Below are positions 45,243 through 54,783 of a DNA stretch of 64,000 nucleotides, in pieces (the stretch's first letter is position 1; the number at the start of each line of letters is the position of its first letter). A model generated the notes under the pieces. That model searched no databases. It saw only the letters and a program-made list of their open reading frames with translations, and had not been told where the DNA came from. This DNA comes from an uncultured virus (IMG/VR IMGVR_UViG_3300032305_002648) (lineage: Duplodnaviria; Heunggongvirae; Uroviricota; Caudoviricetes). The stretch lies in IMG/VR virus record IMGVR_UViG_3300032305_002648, one strand, 5' to 3'. Both the position numbers and the translations under genes were made by a program.

Positions 45243-45704
45243 TTATTTATAATCCAGTGTACTCTTAAGCAACCATTGGAATTTCTTGTGCGCACGACCT
45301 CGCTCTACGGCCAAGTCCAAGGTTAGTTGATCGTTGATTTTATCTGCAGCCGCCGCCAGGGCTTCAAAATTGAGGGCAAGTTTATCGTGGTTTGCTGCCA
45401 GTTGTTCGATCAACTTATCTTGGGCAAAGCAGTCTTCCGTTAACTTTGGAAACGACGAAAAAGTTAGGTCTTCTACCGATCGGGGAGCACTGATGTCTAG
45501 GGAGCGGATATGCTCAGCAATGGTGTCAATACCTTCTTGCATCTCCTGATAAATCATCTCGGTCAATTTATGAATTGAATAGAACTTACCACCCATCAAA
45601 TTCCAATGAACGATGGTGGTTTGGTTATACACGTAGGTGCTATCCCGTAGCGTCTGTACAAGATCGCGGTAGCAGGAATCTTTTTTGTCGGTCGGTTTAA
45701 CCAT
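45243..45704 (-). CDS. dps: Dps family ferritin-like protein
   Basis: HWN..G..F..IH...E..Y......D.IAE.IR.L; H.K..W.L. Confidence 0.93.
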   Translation of the reverse strand: MVKPTDKKDSCYRDLVQTLRDSTYVYNQTTIVHWNLMGGKFYSIHKLTEMIYQEMQEGIDTIAEHIRSLDISAPRSVEDLTFSSFPKLTEDCFAQDKLIEQLAANHDKLALNFEALAAAADKINDQLTLDLAVERGRAHKKFQWLLKSTLDYK

Positions 45705-45751
45705 TTAAAGTTTCTCCAGTGTCACCATTTTACCTTATTGGTTGTGCCAAG

Positions 45752-46039
45752 TCACCATTTGGTGCGATTGGCCCAGTAGGCGGCAGACATTTTACCTTTT
45801 TTGATGTTTTCTGCATGCCTTGCCTTAAAACTTTCACGCCGTTTTCTATAGGATTCCGATTCCCCCTCCTTATGGGGAGATCCTTTTACCCCTTGCTGAC
45901 CAAAATGGATTATTTTTTCTTTTCCATTTTCACAAGCCTTTACTACATGGCTTTTGGTTGGATGGTCTGGGGTGCGTTTTGGGCAGTTGCACTTGAGGTG
46001 AGCCTTTGCAAGCCGCTTTGCCTTAGCGTGGTCCGCCAT
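45752..46039 (-). CDS. Small basic phage protein
   Basis: PKRTP.HP.KSHVV, IHFGQQG, FKARHA.NI.KGK.SAAYWAN. Confidence 0.85.
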   Translation of the reverse strand: MADHAKAKRLAKAHLKCNCPKRTPDHPTKSHVVKACENGKEKIIHFGQQGVKGSPHKEGESESYRKRRESFKARHAENIKKGKMSAAYWANRTKW

Positions 46040-46041
46040 GA

Positions 46042-46296
46042 TCAACTATTGTAATTAGCGGCCTGTGCAGGGGCGTTTAAGGCCATGCTTTCTGCGCCAT
46101 TATTCAAATGATCCCATTCAGATGCAACTCGATATTGCTTGTGTTGATTTAATACATCTTGCAAAACTGCTGCATACTGCTTGGCAAATTGCACAGGATT
46201 TGATTGTGGTTGCCCCTGTGCTTGCGTTTGTCCAGGAACAGGGGCCGTGCTGCCTTGCTGTGGGTTAACTGGCTGTCCAGCAGAGGTAGCTATCAT
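46042..46296 (-). CDS. Low-complexity Gln/Ala-rich protein
   Basis: Packed in - strand operon. Confidence 0.6.
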   Translation of the reverse strand: MIATSAGQPVNPQQGSTAPVPGQTQAQGQPQSNPVQFAKQYAAVLQDVLNQHKQYRVASEWDHLNNGAESMALNAPAQAANYNS

Positions 46297-46681
46297 GATC
46301 CAGATAAGGAACAGCGTGTTCCGTAGATAGTGAAGTTAAATGTAGGTGAGCCGGTTGCTGTTCAACCCACATCTTTATTTTACTGGCTCTTTGCTCTGAG
46401 TAGTGCGGATGGGTTTCGTTGTAGTAATCAAAAACTGGACGAGATGCCTTCTGGAAGTTGCATTTTACGCAAGCAGCCGCCATGTTGGCTTTGGTGCTCT
46501 TGCCCCCCTTGTGGCGTGGACGGATATGATCAATGGTGGCTGTGGTTTCGTTCAGATCACAGTCACAATAAGCACATTTCCAACCCCAGGACTCAAAAAT
46601 GTGTTGCCTAAAACGTTTACGGGCCAGTTTTGGGCTTAAAACAACAAGATTAGCGAGGTAATCGTGTGCTGTATCGAACAT
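46265..46681 (-). CDS. HNH endonuclease (McrA-like, CxxC-HNH-CxxC)
   Basis: CAYC, TIDHIRPRHKGG, N....C..CN..K. Confidence 0.92.
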   Translation of the reverse strand: MFDTAHDYLANLVVLSPKLARKRFRQHIFESWGWKCAYCDCDLNETTATIDHIRPRHKGGKSTKANMAAACVKCNFQKASRPVFDYYNETHPHYSEQRASKIKMWVEQQPAHLHLTSLSTEHAVPYLDHDSYLCWTAS

Positions 46682-46794
46682 AAAAGAGCCTGAAACTCTA
46701 AACACAAGTTACGGTGCATAAACTTGTCGCAGGCTCGTGATTTGTATTCAGTTCTTGAGTGCTTCCACCCCGGATGGGGGTATATTATTTGGTA

Positions 46795-46998
46795 TTATTC
46801 AATACCAGCTAGAAGGCTTTCACTTTCTTGTTGATTCTGCTTTTGTTTGATGATTCCGATGAGTTCCAGGGCGCCTTGTACCTTTAGGAATCCCTCTTTT
46901 TTGCCAATTAATTGCGTCTCTGCCAGCCGGATCTCTTGTTCCAGTGCCTCCAGTTGTGCTTTCAACCCAGAAGCAAGATCATCGATGAAGGATTCCAT
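46795..46998 (-). CDS. Small coiled-coil protein
   Basis: Heptads; QGA motif shared with 47840..48034. Confidence 0.75.
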   Translation of the reverse strand: MESFIDDLASGLKAQLEALEQEIRLAETQLIGKKEGFLKVQGALELIGIIKQKQNQQESESLLAGIE

Positions 46999-47031
46999 AA
47001 AAAGTTGAGAACTGGCTTGATATTAACATGG

Positions 47032-47823
47032 TTACCAGCCTTCAAAAACGATATACCACCCTGTCGCCCATCCTTCTACGGTCCATCTATAACGAAAGAA
47101 GATATCCGAATACTCTACGGCTTCCCCATTGGTGTGTTCATATACGCCATCTTTATGAAAAAATCTTCCGAGGGGATCATTGACGATATAACGTCGTTTA
47201 TTTTCATCGTACCCCACGACGGTAATCCAATGCCCTTCACCACATACCTCTCGCATTCGTCCTTCATTTAAGACGCAGCAAACAATGGGAGAGCAACGAT
47301 CGATTGCCCTTTTAAAATCTGCCTGGACACCGTTTTTGTAATAAGTTGCCTTGATACCTACACTACGTAGTAGGTCAACGTTAGCGTAGGGGGATTCGTG
47401 CCCACCAAATTCTTGTACGCGGTCGTAATATTCTTCTGGATTTAGGAACGCTTCACGTCGCAAGTACATGGCGACACAAGCGCAAGATAGGTAGAGGGAA
47501 CTTCTATAACCCCCTTCCTCAATTGTTTTTTGTTGATAATAAGGTACATGTAGATGCAACCGCCCAACTTCTGTTGTGACAGAAAGTTCTTTTGATGGTG
47601 TTGGGCGGCCATCTAAACCCCACCAATAATCATCTTGTACCCACCACTCTCCTAGGGTTAACGGGAGTTTGACCAGGGTGTGATTGTTTTTCTTGTCGAG
47701 GATTTGACAGTTTTTCCATTCCCGGTTACTGATGACTACCGCCTTCATGCTAGAAGGTAAAAGGTCTGCCGGTTTTGGTTCTTTTTTAAAAACCGTCCAG
47801 ACCTTTGCTTTTATGGTTACCAA
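47032..47823 (-). CDS. C39-like peptidase homologue, expected catalytic Cys apparently replaced
   Basis: L.VPYY.Q, GHWI.V.GYD, IVNDP.G; GYRSS where R.C is expected. Confidence 0.8.
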   Translation of the reverse strand: MVTIKAKVWTVFKKEPKPADLLPSSMKAVVISNREWKNCQILDKKNNHTLVKLPLTLGEWWVQDDYWWGLDGRPTPSKELSVTTEVGRLHLHVPYYQQKTIEEGGYRSSLYLSCACVAMYLRREAFLNPEEYYDRVQEFGGHESPYANVDLLRSVGIKATYYKNGVQADFKRAIDRCSPIVCCVLNEGRMREVCGEGHWITVVGYDENKRRYIVNDPLGRFFHKDGVYEHTNGEAVEYSDIFFRYRWTVEGWATGWYIVFEGW

Positions 47824-47839
47824 CGAATTGGCTCAGTGT

Positions 47840-48034
47840 TCAAGAAACAACATCAGCGATGACGGGAGTGGCAACTTCTTCAGATTGCAGTTCCTTGAGG
47901 GCATTGATAGCACCTTGCAGAGCAATAATTTCTTCTTTGGTTTTCTCCAAAGTAGCAGCCGTTTCGTTATAGGTGTTGATTTTACCCTGGAGGTCAACCA
48001 TCAAGGATTCAACTTTGGATGCAATAGCGGTCAT
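47840..48034 (-). CDS. Small coiled-coil protein
   Basis: Heptads; LQGAI.AL. Confidence 0.75.
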   Translation of the reverse strand: MTAIASKVESLMVDLQGKINTYNETAATLEKTKEEIIALQGAINALKELQSEEVATPVIADVVS

Positions 48035-48120
48035 GATGTGGCGATGAATGCCCCCATATTATAGGGGGTTTATCGACAGTTTTCAAATATGGAAGACCGC
48101 CCTAGTAGAGGCGTTGACTA

Positions 48121-48270
48121 CTAGGCATCGGCAAGCCGCTTCATGCCATCATTGTTTTGCGCATACAGCGCATACAAAGCCGCAATAGCGCCTGCTTTGC
48201 CAACGTCATCCTGGTTGCTTAGATCCAGTCTGGCTTCGCAGTATACGTTCCAGGCATCGGTGTCAGGCAT
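48121..48270 (-). CDS. Small hypothetical protein (49 aa, not in ORF track)
   Basis: MPDTDAWNVYCEARL...; follows tail fibre. Confidence 0.4.
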   Translation of the reverse strand: MPDTDAWNVYCEARLDLSNQDDVGKAGAIAALYALYAQNNDGMKRLADA

Positions 48271-48287
48271 AGGAGTGAAGGTGACTA

Positions 48288-49697
48288 CTAAGCCAAGCGG
48301 TAAGTAACAAAGGTGCTTGTACTTGACTTACGTGAGGCAAAGCGGCCGGATGTGCCAGTGGCAACAGAACCGGAACCCACAACGGTGTGGCCAGTGTTAG
48401 CTAACACACGCACCAAGCTGGGGCCTGTATTAATTACGCTCCACTGAAAGTTGTGGTTGTTGGGGAGAGAATAAAACCCGGTGTCTGTATCGGTACCAGT
48501 CGGCAACGTCATGTCGGTAGCTGCCGCTGAAGTGCTGGTAATAATGCCAGTCTTAAGGTTTGCAATAGTCAATGTTGCAGTTGTATCAACTGCGGCAGGT
48601 GTTTGTTGGTTATATGCAATGATGCCGTCATTTGTAATCCTCATCCGCTCAATAGAAACGGATAAGCCGTCTGGCGTAGTAGAGAACGTTAGGCGGCCAG
48701 GCATATCAGTGGTGCCGGGGGTGCCGTCTGAAAAAGCGCTGATACTTGCAGCTTGTAGAAAATTAGTGCCGTCTGAACCTTGGAATACAATACCTCCGAT
48801 TTGCAGACCAGGAGAAACTATGGTGTTACCACCTATGGTATCGCTAGTTTGTCTGCCAAAAATCAGGATAGGTGGGGCGACTCCAGAATTACCAGAAAGA
48901 ATGGAAATAGCGCGATTAGTGGAATTTGTTGCTGTCTCTATTTGAAGCAACGGCGAAGTCACCCCAGCAAAGTTTGTACGTGCAGTAGATGTACCAACCA
49001 AGAGCTTGCCGCCGGAGTCGATGCGAGCGACCTCGCTGGCACTAATGTTGGTAACAAATGGTGCAGTTGATGCAGCAGATGTCAGCGTTGTAGTACCTGC
49101 ACTATCAATTTTCATCCGCTCCGTGCCATTAGTTGAGATGGCTACTTGGTCTGTGCCAGGGGAATAGATACCAGGTGCGTAGGTAGTGCCGGTACCGACT
49201 GCAACAGCAGGAATAGTGGCGGAACCAGCTGATAATATAGAAAGATTACCATTTGAATCAATTGTTGAACGCAATACACCAGCCGTTGTAAATCCAAGAG
49301 TAGAAACACCGGATAGATAAATGCCTGTTGTCTTGTTGGAATTAAAAGTAATACTCGGTGTTGCAGCGGCGCCATCTGGATAACTAACACCAACATTGAC
49401 ATAATCTGCGCCAGCAAGAACAACACCCCAAAAAGCCTCTCCTGTTTTAGGGGCAGAACTAAAGACAATATTGGTACCAGAAAACTTAAAACCTTCCGCG
49501 CCGGTAGGATCCGGTTTTTGCGGGACACCGCCAACAGAAATCAATACGTTCTGTTCGTTGAGGGGGAAGGGTACAGGAGCAACACCGTTAACTTTAAGGG
49601 CAAATGATGTTGTGGTGCCATTAAAACTTGCACTCAAGCTATCAATTAAAAGATAGGATGAGTAAGCCGCCTGCAGGTTGTTCCCCAAATAAGCCAT
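48288..49697 (-). CDS. Tail fibre protein
   Basis: MAYLGN, FNGTTTSF.L, GIYSPGTDQVAIST, DGTPG..DMPGRL.FSTT.DG. Confidence 0.9.
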   Translation of the reverse strand: MAYLGNNLQAAYSSYLLIDSLSASFNGTTTSFALKVNGVAPVPFPLNEQNVLISVGGVPQKPDPTGAEGFKFSGTNIVFSSAPKTGEAFWGVVLAGADYVNVGVSYPDGAAATPSITFNSNKTTGIYLSGVSTLGFTTAGVLRSTIDSNGNLSILSAGSATIPAVAVGTGTTYAPGIYSPGTDQVAISTNGTERMKIDSAGTTTLTSAASTAPFVTNISASEVARIDSGGKLLVGTSTARTNFAGVTSPLLQIETATNSTNRAISILSGNSGVAPPILIFGRQTSDTIGGNTIVSPGLQIGGIVFQGSDGTNFLQAASISAFSDGTPGTTDMPGRLTFSTTPDGLSVSIERMRITNDGIIAYNQQTPAAVDTTATLTIANLKTGIITSTSAAATDMTLPTGTDTDTGFYSLPNNHNFQWSVINTGPSLVRVLANTGHTVVGSGSVATGTSGRFASRKSSTSTFVTYRLA

Positions 49698-49699
49698 TG

Positions 49700-50293
49700 T
49701 TACTTCGTTTCAGTAATATCAATTGTAGCTGAAACTGTTTCTGCGGACGCGATTGTAGAGATATCTACGGCGAGAACGATTCCTTCAACAGCCGAGGTTT
49801 CTGTATCTTCCGTCGCTACCACTACATCTACAGGTTTCAACGCAGGAAACGGGGCCACTTCCTCAACCGTCACAACCTCTGCTTCATGTTCGGCCACCAC
49901 GTTGGCTGGAGTTTCCACTGGTTCAGGGGCCTCTTCTTTTGGCTTAGTATTGGGCCCAGCCGTGGAAGGTTTTTCCGGCCAAATAATACCAATCGGGTCG
50001 CAATTAGCAAAAGTTTGCGGGATGTCCCTCAGGACTTGGCGATAAACGGCCCATGCATGCTGATCTACCGTACAACCAGGAATCATCGTCCAGTCTGACG
50101 CTGTCAAAGCTTTATCACGTTTTTCGATTGCTTGTTCCCATGTATAGGGTTTTACGCCGGGGTCGGGCTTAGGCTCATTCCCCTCTTCCAACCACTGCAA
50201 ATAAATGATGTAATCAGAATTACATTCATCTGCTGGAATCAATGAGTTATCTTCTAAACGCAAGATGCTGGTTGAATTTGTTAGCTGATACAT
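49700..50293 (-). CDS. Tail fibre assembly chaperone with acidic tail
   Basis: IP.DE.N.DY..YL.WL..GN; RD..L..SDWT; W..YRQ.LRDIPQ; WP.KP. Confidence 0.88.
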   Translation of the reverse strand: MYQLTNSTSILRLEDNSLIPADECNSDYIIYLQWLEEGNEPKPDPGVKPYTWEQAIEKRDKALTASDWTMIPGCTVDQHAWAVYRQVLRDIPQTFANCDPIGIIWPEKPSTAGPNTKPKEEAPEPVETPANVVAEHEAEVVTVEEVAPFPALKPVDVVVATEDTETSAVEGIVLAVDISTIASAETVSATIDITETK

Positions 50294-51171
50294 TATGAAA
50301 CCTCCGCAGAGTAAGTAATGCTTGCTGTTGCCTTGGATGTTTGAGATTCAACCAAGACTTCACCGTTGCCACTATAGCTATATCCTGCACCACCACCAGC
50401 TGCCGTTGGCGTTGCTCTCATTGTGACAATATGATACTTGGCTTGATTTAACAGCGACGTATCTACAATCCAAGCAGCGCTTGTCTTCTGGTAATAACGT
50501 TGGCACAATCCAAGCTCCTGTTGATAACTACGTTGTTCAAAAGTGCTGTTTACCAATCCACTCTCAAGCTGTACGTTACCGATTGTCCACGTCCCGCTAG
50601 TCTGTGCACCAACAGTAAACACAATTTCAATTCCAGTTGTAGCTGCTGCTGGAATTGCAATATTTGCTGAGTACCGCGTTACCGTACTGGAAACCGTAAA
50701 AGTTCCCGTAGCAATTTGTGTCTTAGTTGCCGTACCCACGGTACCAAAAGCATCCGTTGAAGTAGCATAATTCGCTGTCCAGGTTACCGTCGTCAGTAAC
50801 GAATTGGCAAGATCAACGCTGAGAGTAGCATTGCTGCCAGCAAGATCATAAGAATTGAGTGTTTCGATACGTTGGCCAATGCCAACAGCTGTAACAGAAG
50901 CCGCACCTGTGATCTGCAAACGGTTTCTAACCGCACCAGAACCAGAAACTTGGGCTGCTGTAACGTTCGCACCAGTGGAGTAAACATACCAACGATCAAC
51001 GGTAGGATAACCGGTACTTGCGGTTGGAACCGTAGTACCAGCAGTTACCGTAGCTGATGTCCCTCTTTGTGCAATTTGCATTGCACCATTGATCAGACGA
51101 TTACGAAAAGGACCAACAACGCTAAATACGTTGGAGTTCAATTGGTTTGCATCAACTTGAGTGAGGGCCAT
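50293..51171 (-). CDS. Tail fibre / carbohydrate-binding structural protein
   Basis: RNRLING.M.IAQRG, DRW, VQLE.G...T.FE.R....EL.LCQRYY. Confidence 0.9.
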   Translation of the reverse strand: MALTQVDANQLNSNVFSVVGPFRNRLINGAMQIAQRGTSATVTAGTTVPTASTGYPTVDRWYVYSTGANVTAAQVSGSGAVRNRLQITGAASVTAVGIGQRIETLNSYDLAGSNATLSVDLANSLLTTVTWTANYATSTDAFGTVGTATKTQIATGTFTVSSTVTRYSANIAIPAAATTGIEIVFTVGAQTSGTWTIGNVQLESGLVNSTFEQRSYQQELGLCQRYYQKTSAAWIVDTSLLNQAKYHIVTMRATPTAAGGGAGYSYSGNGEVLVESQTSKATASITYSAEVS

Positions 51172-51530
51172 TAGGTCTGCTGCAGATAGCTAATGGTTAC
51201 ATCTAGGGCCGTGGCGGTATCTGAGCTTGCCCGAAGGATATCGTTAGCCGTCATGATGATCTTACTACCTGAAATCATCTCCAAAGAAGATCCCGCCGGC
51301 ACCGGAGCATTCTTCAACAAGTAAACACCTGTACCACCACTGGGCAACAAATACACATTACTATTGGCGCTGCTTCCTGTTTTATTGGAAACCAGGATAC
51401 TCAAGATAATGAGCGTTGCCGAGCCACCAGCTGTAACAATATCAAAGGTAGTCGCAGTATTTGATTCATTGGTACCCGTAGTGGACTGCACCAAACTGGA
51501 CTTTGTACTTCTTGTGAATGTATTTGCCAT
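51171..51530 (-). CDS. Structural protein
   Basis: MANTF..., L.KNAPVP.G.SLE...G.KI. Confidence 0.8.
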   Translation of the reverse strand: MANTFTRSTKSSLVQSTTGTNESNTATTFDIVTAGGSATLIILSILVSNKTGSSANSNVYLLPSGGTGVYLLKNAPVPAGSSLEMISGSKIIMTANDILRASSDTATALDVTISYLQQT

Positions 51531-51531
51531 G

Positions 51532-51936
51532 TCAGCCTAAAGCAACGATAAGGGCGAGGTTGTCAGAGGAAGTAAACGTCCCCCCAATTGAAACATTACC
51601 GGTAATGGAAACATTCCCAGGGATGGTGATAGCACCGGATGAATCTATTGTAAGCCCTGCCACACCATTGGCTACAAGCGCCACTGAATTCAAAACGGGA
51701 CTATAAATTCCAGTGTTTGCACTATTTGCAAATCTAACTGCACAACTGGCCAGGGAACCGGGGGATAGGCCAATATTTGTGCAATCCTCACGCAAGAGGG
51801 GGAAACCACCCGCTTGTACACCGTTATTAACAACAACGGTATTCTTCGTGATATCAACAACAACTTCTCCAACGGCTCCAGTAAAGCCGCTGATATCAGC
51901 TGTTGTTCCCCTACGGAATTGTACTTGTGTTGACAT
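51532..51936 (-). CDS. Tail fibre-associated protein with Mtd-like N-terminus
   Basis: QVQFRRGT......FTGA.GEV.VD; ends IVALG. Confidence 0.85.
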   Translation of the reverse strand: MSTQVQFRRGTTADISGFTGAVGEVVVDITKNTVVVNNGVQAGGFPLLREDCTNIGLSPGSLASCAVRFANSANTGIYSPVLNSVALVANGVAGLTIDSSGAITIPGNVSITGNVSIGGTFTSSDNLALIVALG

Positions 51937-51940
51937 AATA

Positions 51941-53923
51941 CTATCCTAACGCAATTGCAATTGCAGTGGCAAAGTCCTGCGATGCAATAGTTCCTGTTTC
52001 ATCTGGAATCGTCAACGTTCTATTTGCTGTCAATGTAGTAGGCGTAAGGGTTGCTGCATAACTACTGGACCCACCTGCCCTACCATTTAAAATGATGCCA
52101 TCCTGTGTTGAGGTTTGCCGAAAAGTCTGTCCTGTCGTATTTGTGAACGTATTGGCGCCAGTAAAGGCATTATTACTACCAAGATAAGCAATTGTACCGC
52201 CGGCACCAAATGCAATACTTGATCCATCTGTTCCAGTGAATGTCAGCGTATTGGACGCTGTCAGGGTTTTACCATCCGCGATTGTTAATGTTGAACCGGT
52301 GGCTGGTGCTGTAATCGTTACTTTATTGATGCTGGTAGCGGACGCCACGCCAAGTACCGGAGTGGTCAATGTGGGCGATGTGGCGAGGACAACAGCACCC
52401 GTACCTGTTACAGCAGTAAGACTGGTTCCATTAACCTTTAGTACGTTCCCCGTTGCAGCCGTATCAATTGTTTTATTGGTTAAAGTATCCGTTGTTGCCT
52501 TTCCAATTAGCGTATCCGTAGCAGCAGGAAGCGTCAGAGAACCTGATGCTGTTGCTGAAGCCAATAAAATTGTTGTGCCGGATGTAGCACCACTGAAGTT
52601 TGCCCCCGCACTCCCGATTGTCGGTGTGATTAGTGATGGCGAAGAAGCAAAAACAAGTGATCCCGAACCGGTTTCATCGCTTATTACACCCGCCAGTTGT
52701 GAAGAGGTTGTTGCTGAAAAAAATGAAAGGTTATTGGTACTTAATGCGGCCGTTCCTGATGCGTCCTGAAGGGTTACCGTTCGTGCAGCGGTCGGATTGG
52801 TGACTACAATTTTTGTTGTGTTTGCACTAGCAACGCTGCCTTGGAATACAAGAGCGCTTGCAGTGCCATCAAGATATATTGAATTAGCGGCACCCAACGT
52901 ACCCCCATAGAGGCTAGTTGCCGTAAGGGAGGTAAGCCCAGCAACAGTATTAGTGCTGCCCCCAAGTGCTATCGAAGTGCTGCCAATTTGGACATTGGAG
53001 TTTGCTAACTGGCTGTTTGGAATTGCACTGGTGCCAAATATACCTGTGCTGGAGCTATAAGTTAAACCTGAGCCTACAGCGACGCTGAGACTTCCACGAA
53101 TATTGGCATCAGTAACAACAGCAAAATCGTAATTACCAGTCGAGCTGCTGTAAGTAAGCGAACCATACCCCGTACCTGTTGTAGAAGCGGAAAGAACCCC
53201 TCGGATATTGTCCGAAGTGACTACATTGTACGTGATCGTACCGGTACTGCTGTTGTAGCTAAGACTGCCAAAACCCGTACCGCTATTGGCAACAGAGATT
53301 GAGTTCAACAATGCCAGGGTACCGCTGGCGTCTGGTAACAGGATTGAACGTGTACCAGTGGGATCTACAACGCTAAGTGTTGTTTTGTTTGCGTCAGCAG
53401 TTGCACCTTCAAAGATGATACCGGTGCTACCAAGGGTGATGCTATTTGCTGCACCAGCCGCACCCGAAATGACGTTGGTGCTGCCTATTACTGTTGTAGC
53501 GGTAAGACTTGTGAGACCGGTAATTGTACCAACAGTTCCCCCCAAAGAAACGGAACTACTACCAATCGTTATGGAGCTGTTGGCAAGCTGGGAGTTGGGT
53601 ATTGCGCTGGTTCCGAATTCCCCCGTCGAACTGTTATATGTCAACCCTGAGCCTGAAGCAATGCTCAGGCTGCCACGGATATTGGAGTCAGTAACAACGG
53701 TGTAAGTGAATAATCCGGTTAAAGTGTTGTACGCTAAGGATCCATATCCTGTGCCGTTATTACTTACCGATAGAGCGCCGAATACCCGAGCATTTGTGTA
53801 ATAAAGATTAGTACCTTCAAGAAGGTCGGTTGTTGTATTGCCCGCTAAGTCAAGCTTGTCTGTTGGGGTATTAACTTCCTGGAGCAATCCGCTGACCAGG
53901 GCAATTGACTTTCTGGTTGCCAT
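51941..53923 (-). CDS. Long tail fibre protein with internal repeats
   Basis: Repeated GTG.GSL.Y...TG...Y.VVT..NIRG.LS and AIPNSQLANS blocks; ends AIALG. Confidence 0.9.
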   Translation of the reverse strand: MATRKSIALVSGLLQEVNTPTDKLDLAGNTTTDLLEGTNLYYTNARVFGALSVSNNGTGYGSLAYNTLTGLFTYTVVTDSNIRGSLSIASGSGLTYNSSTGEFGTSAIPNSQLANSSITIGSSSVSLGGTVGTITGLTSLTATTVIGSTNVISGAAGAANSITLGSTGIIFEGATADANKTTLSVVDPTGTRSILLPDASGTLALLNSISVANSGTGFGSLSYNSSTGTITYNVVTSDNIRGVLSASTTGTGYGSLTYSSSTGNYDFAVVTDANIRGSLSVAVGSGLTYSSSTGIFGTSAIPNSQLANSNVQIGSTSIALGGSTNTVAGLTSLTATSLYGGTLGAANSIYLDGTASALVFQGSVASANTTKIVVTNPTAARTVTLQDASGTAALSTNNLSFFSATTSSQLAGVISDETGSGSLVFASSPSLITPTIGSAGANFSGATSGTTILLASATASGSLTLPAATDTLIGKATTDTLTNKTIDTAATGNVLKVNGTSLTAVTGTGAVVLATSPTLTTPVLGVASATSINKVTITAPATGSTLTIADGKTLTASNTLTFTGTDGSSIAFGAGGTIAYLGSNNAFTGANTFTNTTGQTFRQTSTQDGIILNGRAGGSSSYAATLTPTTLTANRTLTIPDETGTIASQDFATAIAIALG

Positions 53924-53925
53924 GG

Positions 53926-54453
53926 TTAACTCAATTTAATTGATGGGGTAAGTTGAATAGATAATTGCACCGCTGTCACCGCTTGTCCTACACTCACCAC
54001 ATATTTTCCGGCCCCGCTAGGAGGGGTTGTTGTTACTAAACCGGCAGTGCTTGCGGAAAGGTAATAATGACTACCCACGCTAAGGCCTGAGGTCCCTAAA
54101 ATACCTGCCACCAGGATTTGTATCAAATTCCCCGCAGTCTGTGTTTGATTGGCGAAACCTGCAACATGTGCTTGTTCCTCGGTTCCATTGGCAATTGCCA
54201 AATAAGCTTGGCCGGTCGTGTGATCTAAATAAACAGCAGAACCCTGTGATATTGTTTGACCAGCTGTTACCTTAAATCCTACGACCGGAGCAACATAGAT
54301 AGGAAAACCCTCCTTGAGATCGATTATGGCGTCAACAAGACCACGATAATTAGGTGCATACGGTTCGCGTGTCATTGCAAAGCCATTACCAGACATCAAG
54401 TCAACAAGTGCTTCGATTGCACCTACTATATTGGGATCGTAGGTAGCCGTCAC
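53926..54453 (-). CDS. Structural protein
   Basis: AG..I..G.AVY, YYLS...G......P....Y...VG.A. Confidence 0.8.
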   Translation of the reverse strand: MTATYDPNIVGAIEALVDLMSGNGFAMTREPYAPNYRGLVDAIIDLKEGFPIYVAPVVGFKVTAGQTISQGSAVYLDHTTGQAYLAIANGTEEQAHVAGFANQTQTAGNLIQILVAGILGTSGLSVGSHYYLSASTAGLVTTTPPSGAGKYVVSVGQAVTAVQLSIQLTPSIKLS

Positions 54454-54525
54454 ACCATTGCTTCTTTCTTGGTTTATTCTAAGTTGTTGAATCCATTAGA
54501 ATAAAGGGAGCATATTTAGTTTAAC

Positions 54526-54783
54526 GTGGGCCTGGACATTATCTTTGCAGCTGCTTCCGGGGCCATCGGTGCATTTACCGGTATCACCAGGGCTTTCTCC
54601 GGCTTTCAAAATAAAATTGATCGCCGCTTGGAACGAATTGAGGATGATTTAGATACCTTGGAGGACCGTGTCATCCGAGATTATGTACTGAAAGAAGATT
54701 TTCGGCGGGAAATGGAGTCTGTACATAAAAAATTAGATCGTATCTTGGATTATCTGATACGAACCGGTGGATTAACCAATTAA
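54526..54783 (+). CDS. Small protein with hydrophobic N-terminus and coiled coil
   Basis: YV.KEDF......V..KLD.I motif; divergent TAGAAT promoter. Confidence 0.75.
   Translation: MGLDIIFAAASGAIGAFTGITRAFSGFQNKIDRRLERIEDDLDTLEDRVIRDYVLKEDFRREMESVHKKLDRILDYLIRTGGLTN

Noticed and set aside
32627..49697. Diversity-generating retroelement acting on tail fibres
   Set aside because: Shared blocks such as GIYSPG.DQVAISTNG are ordinary fibre repeats; no adenine-specific TR/VR pair and no reverse transcriptase seen.
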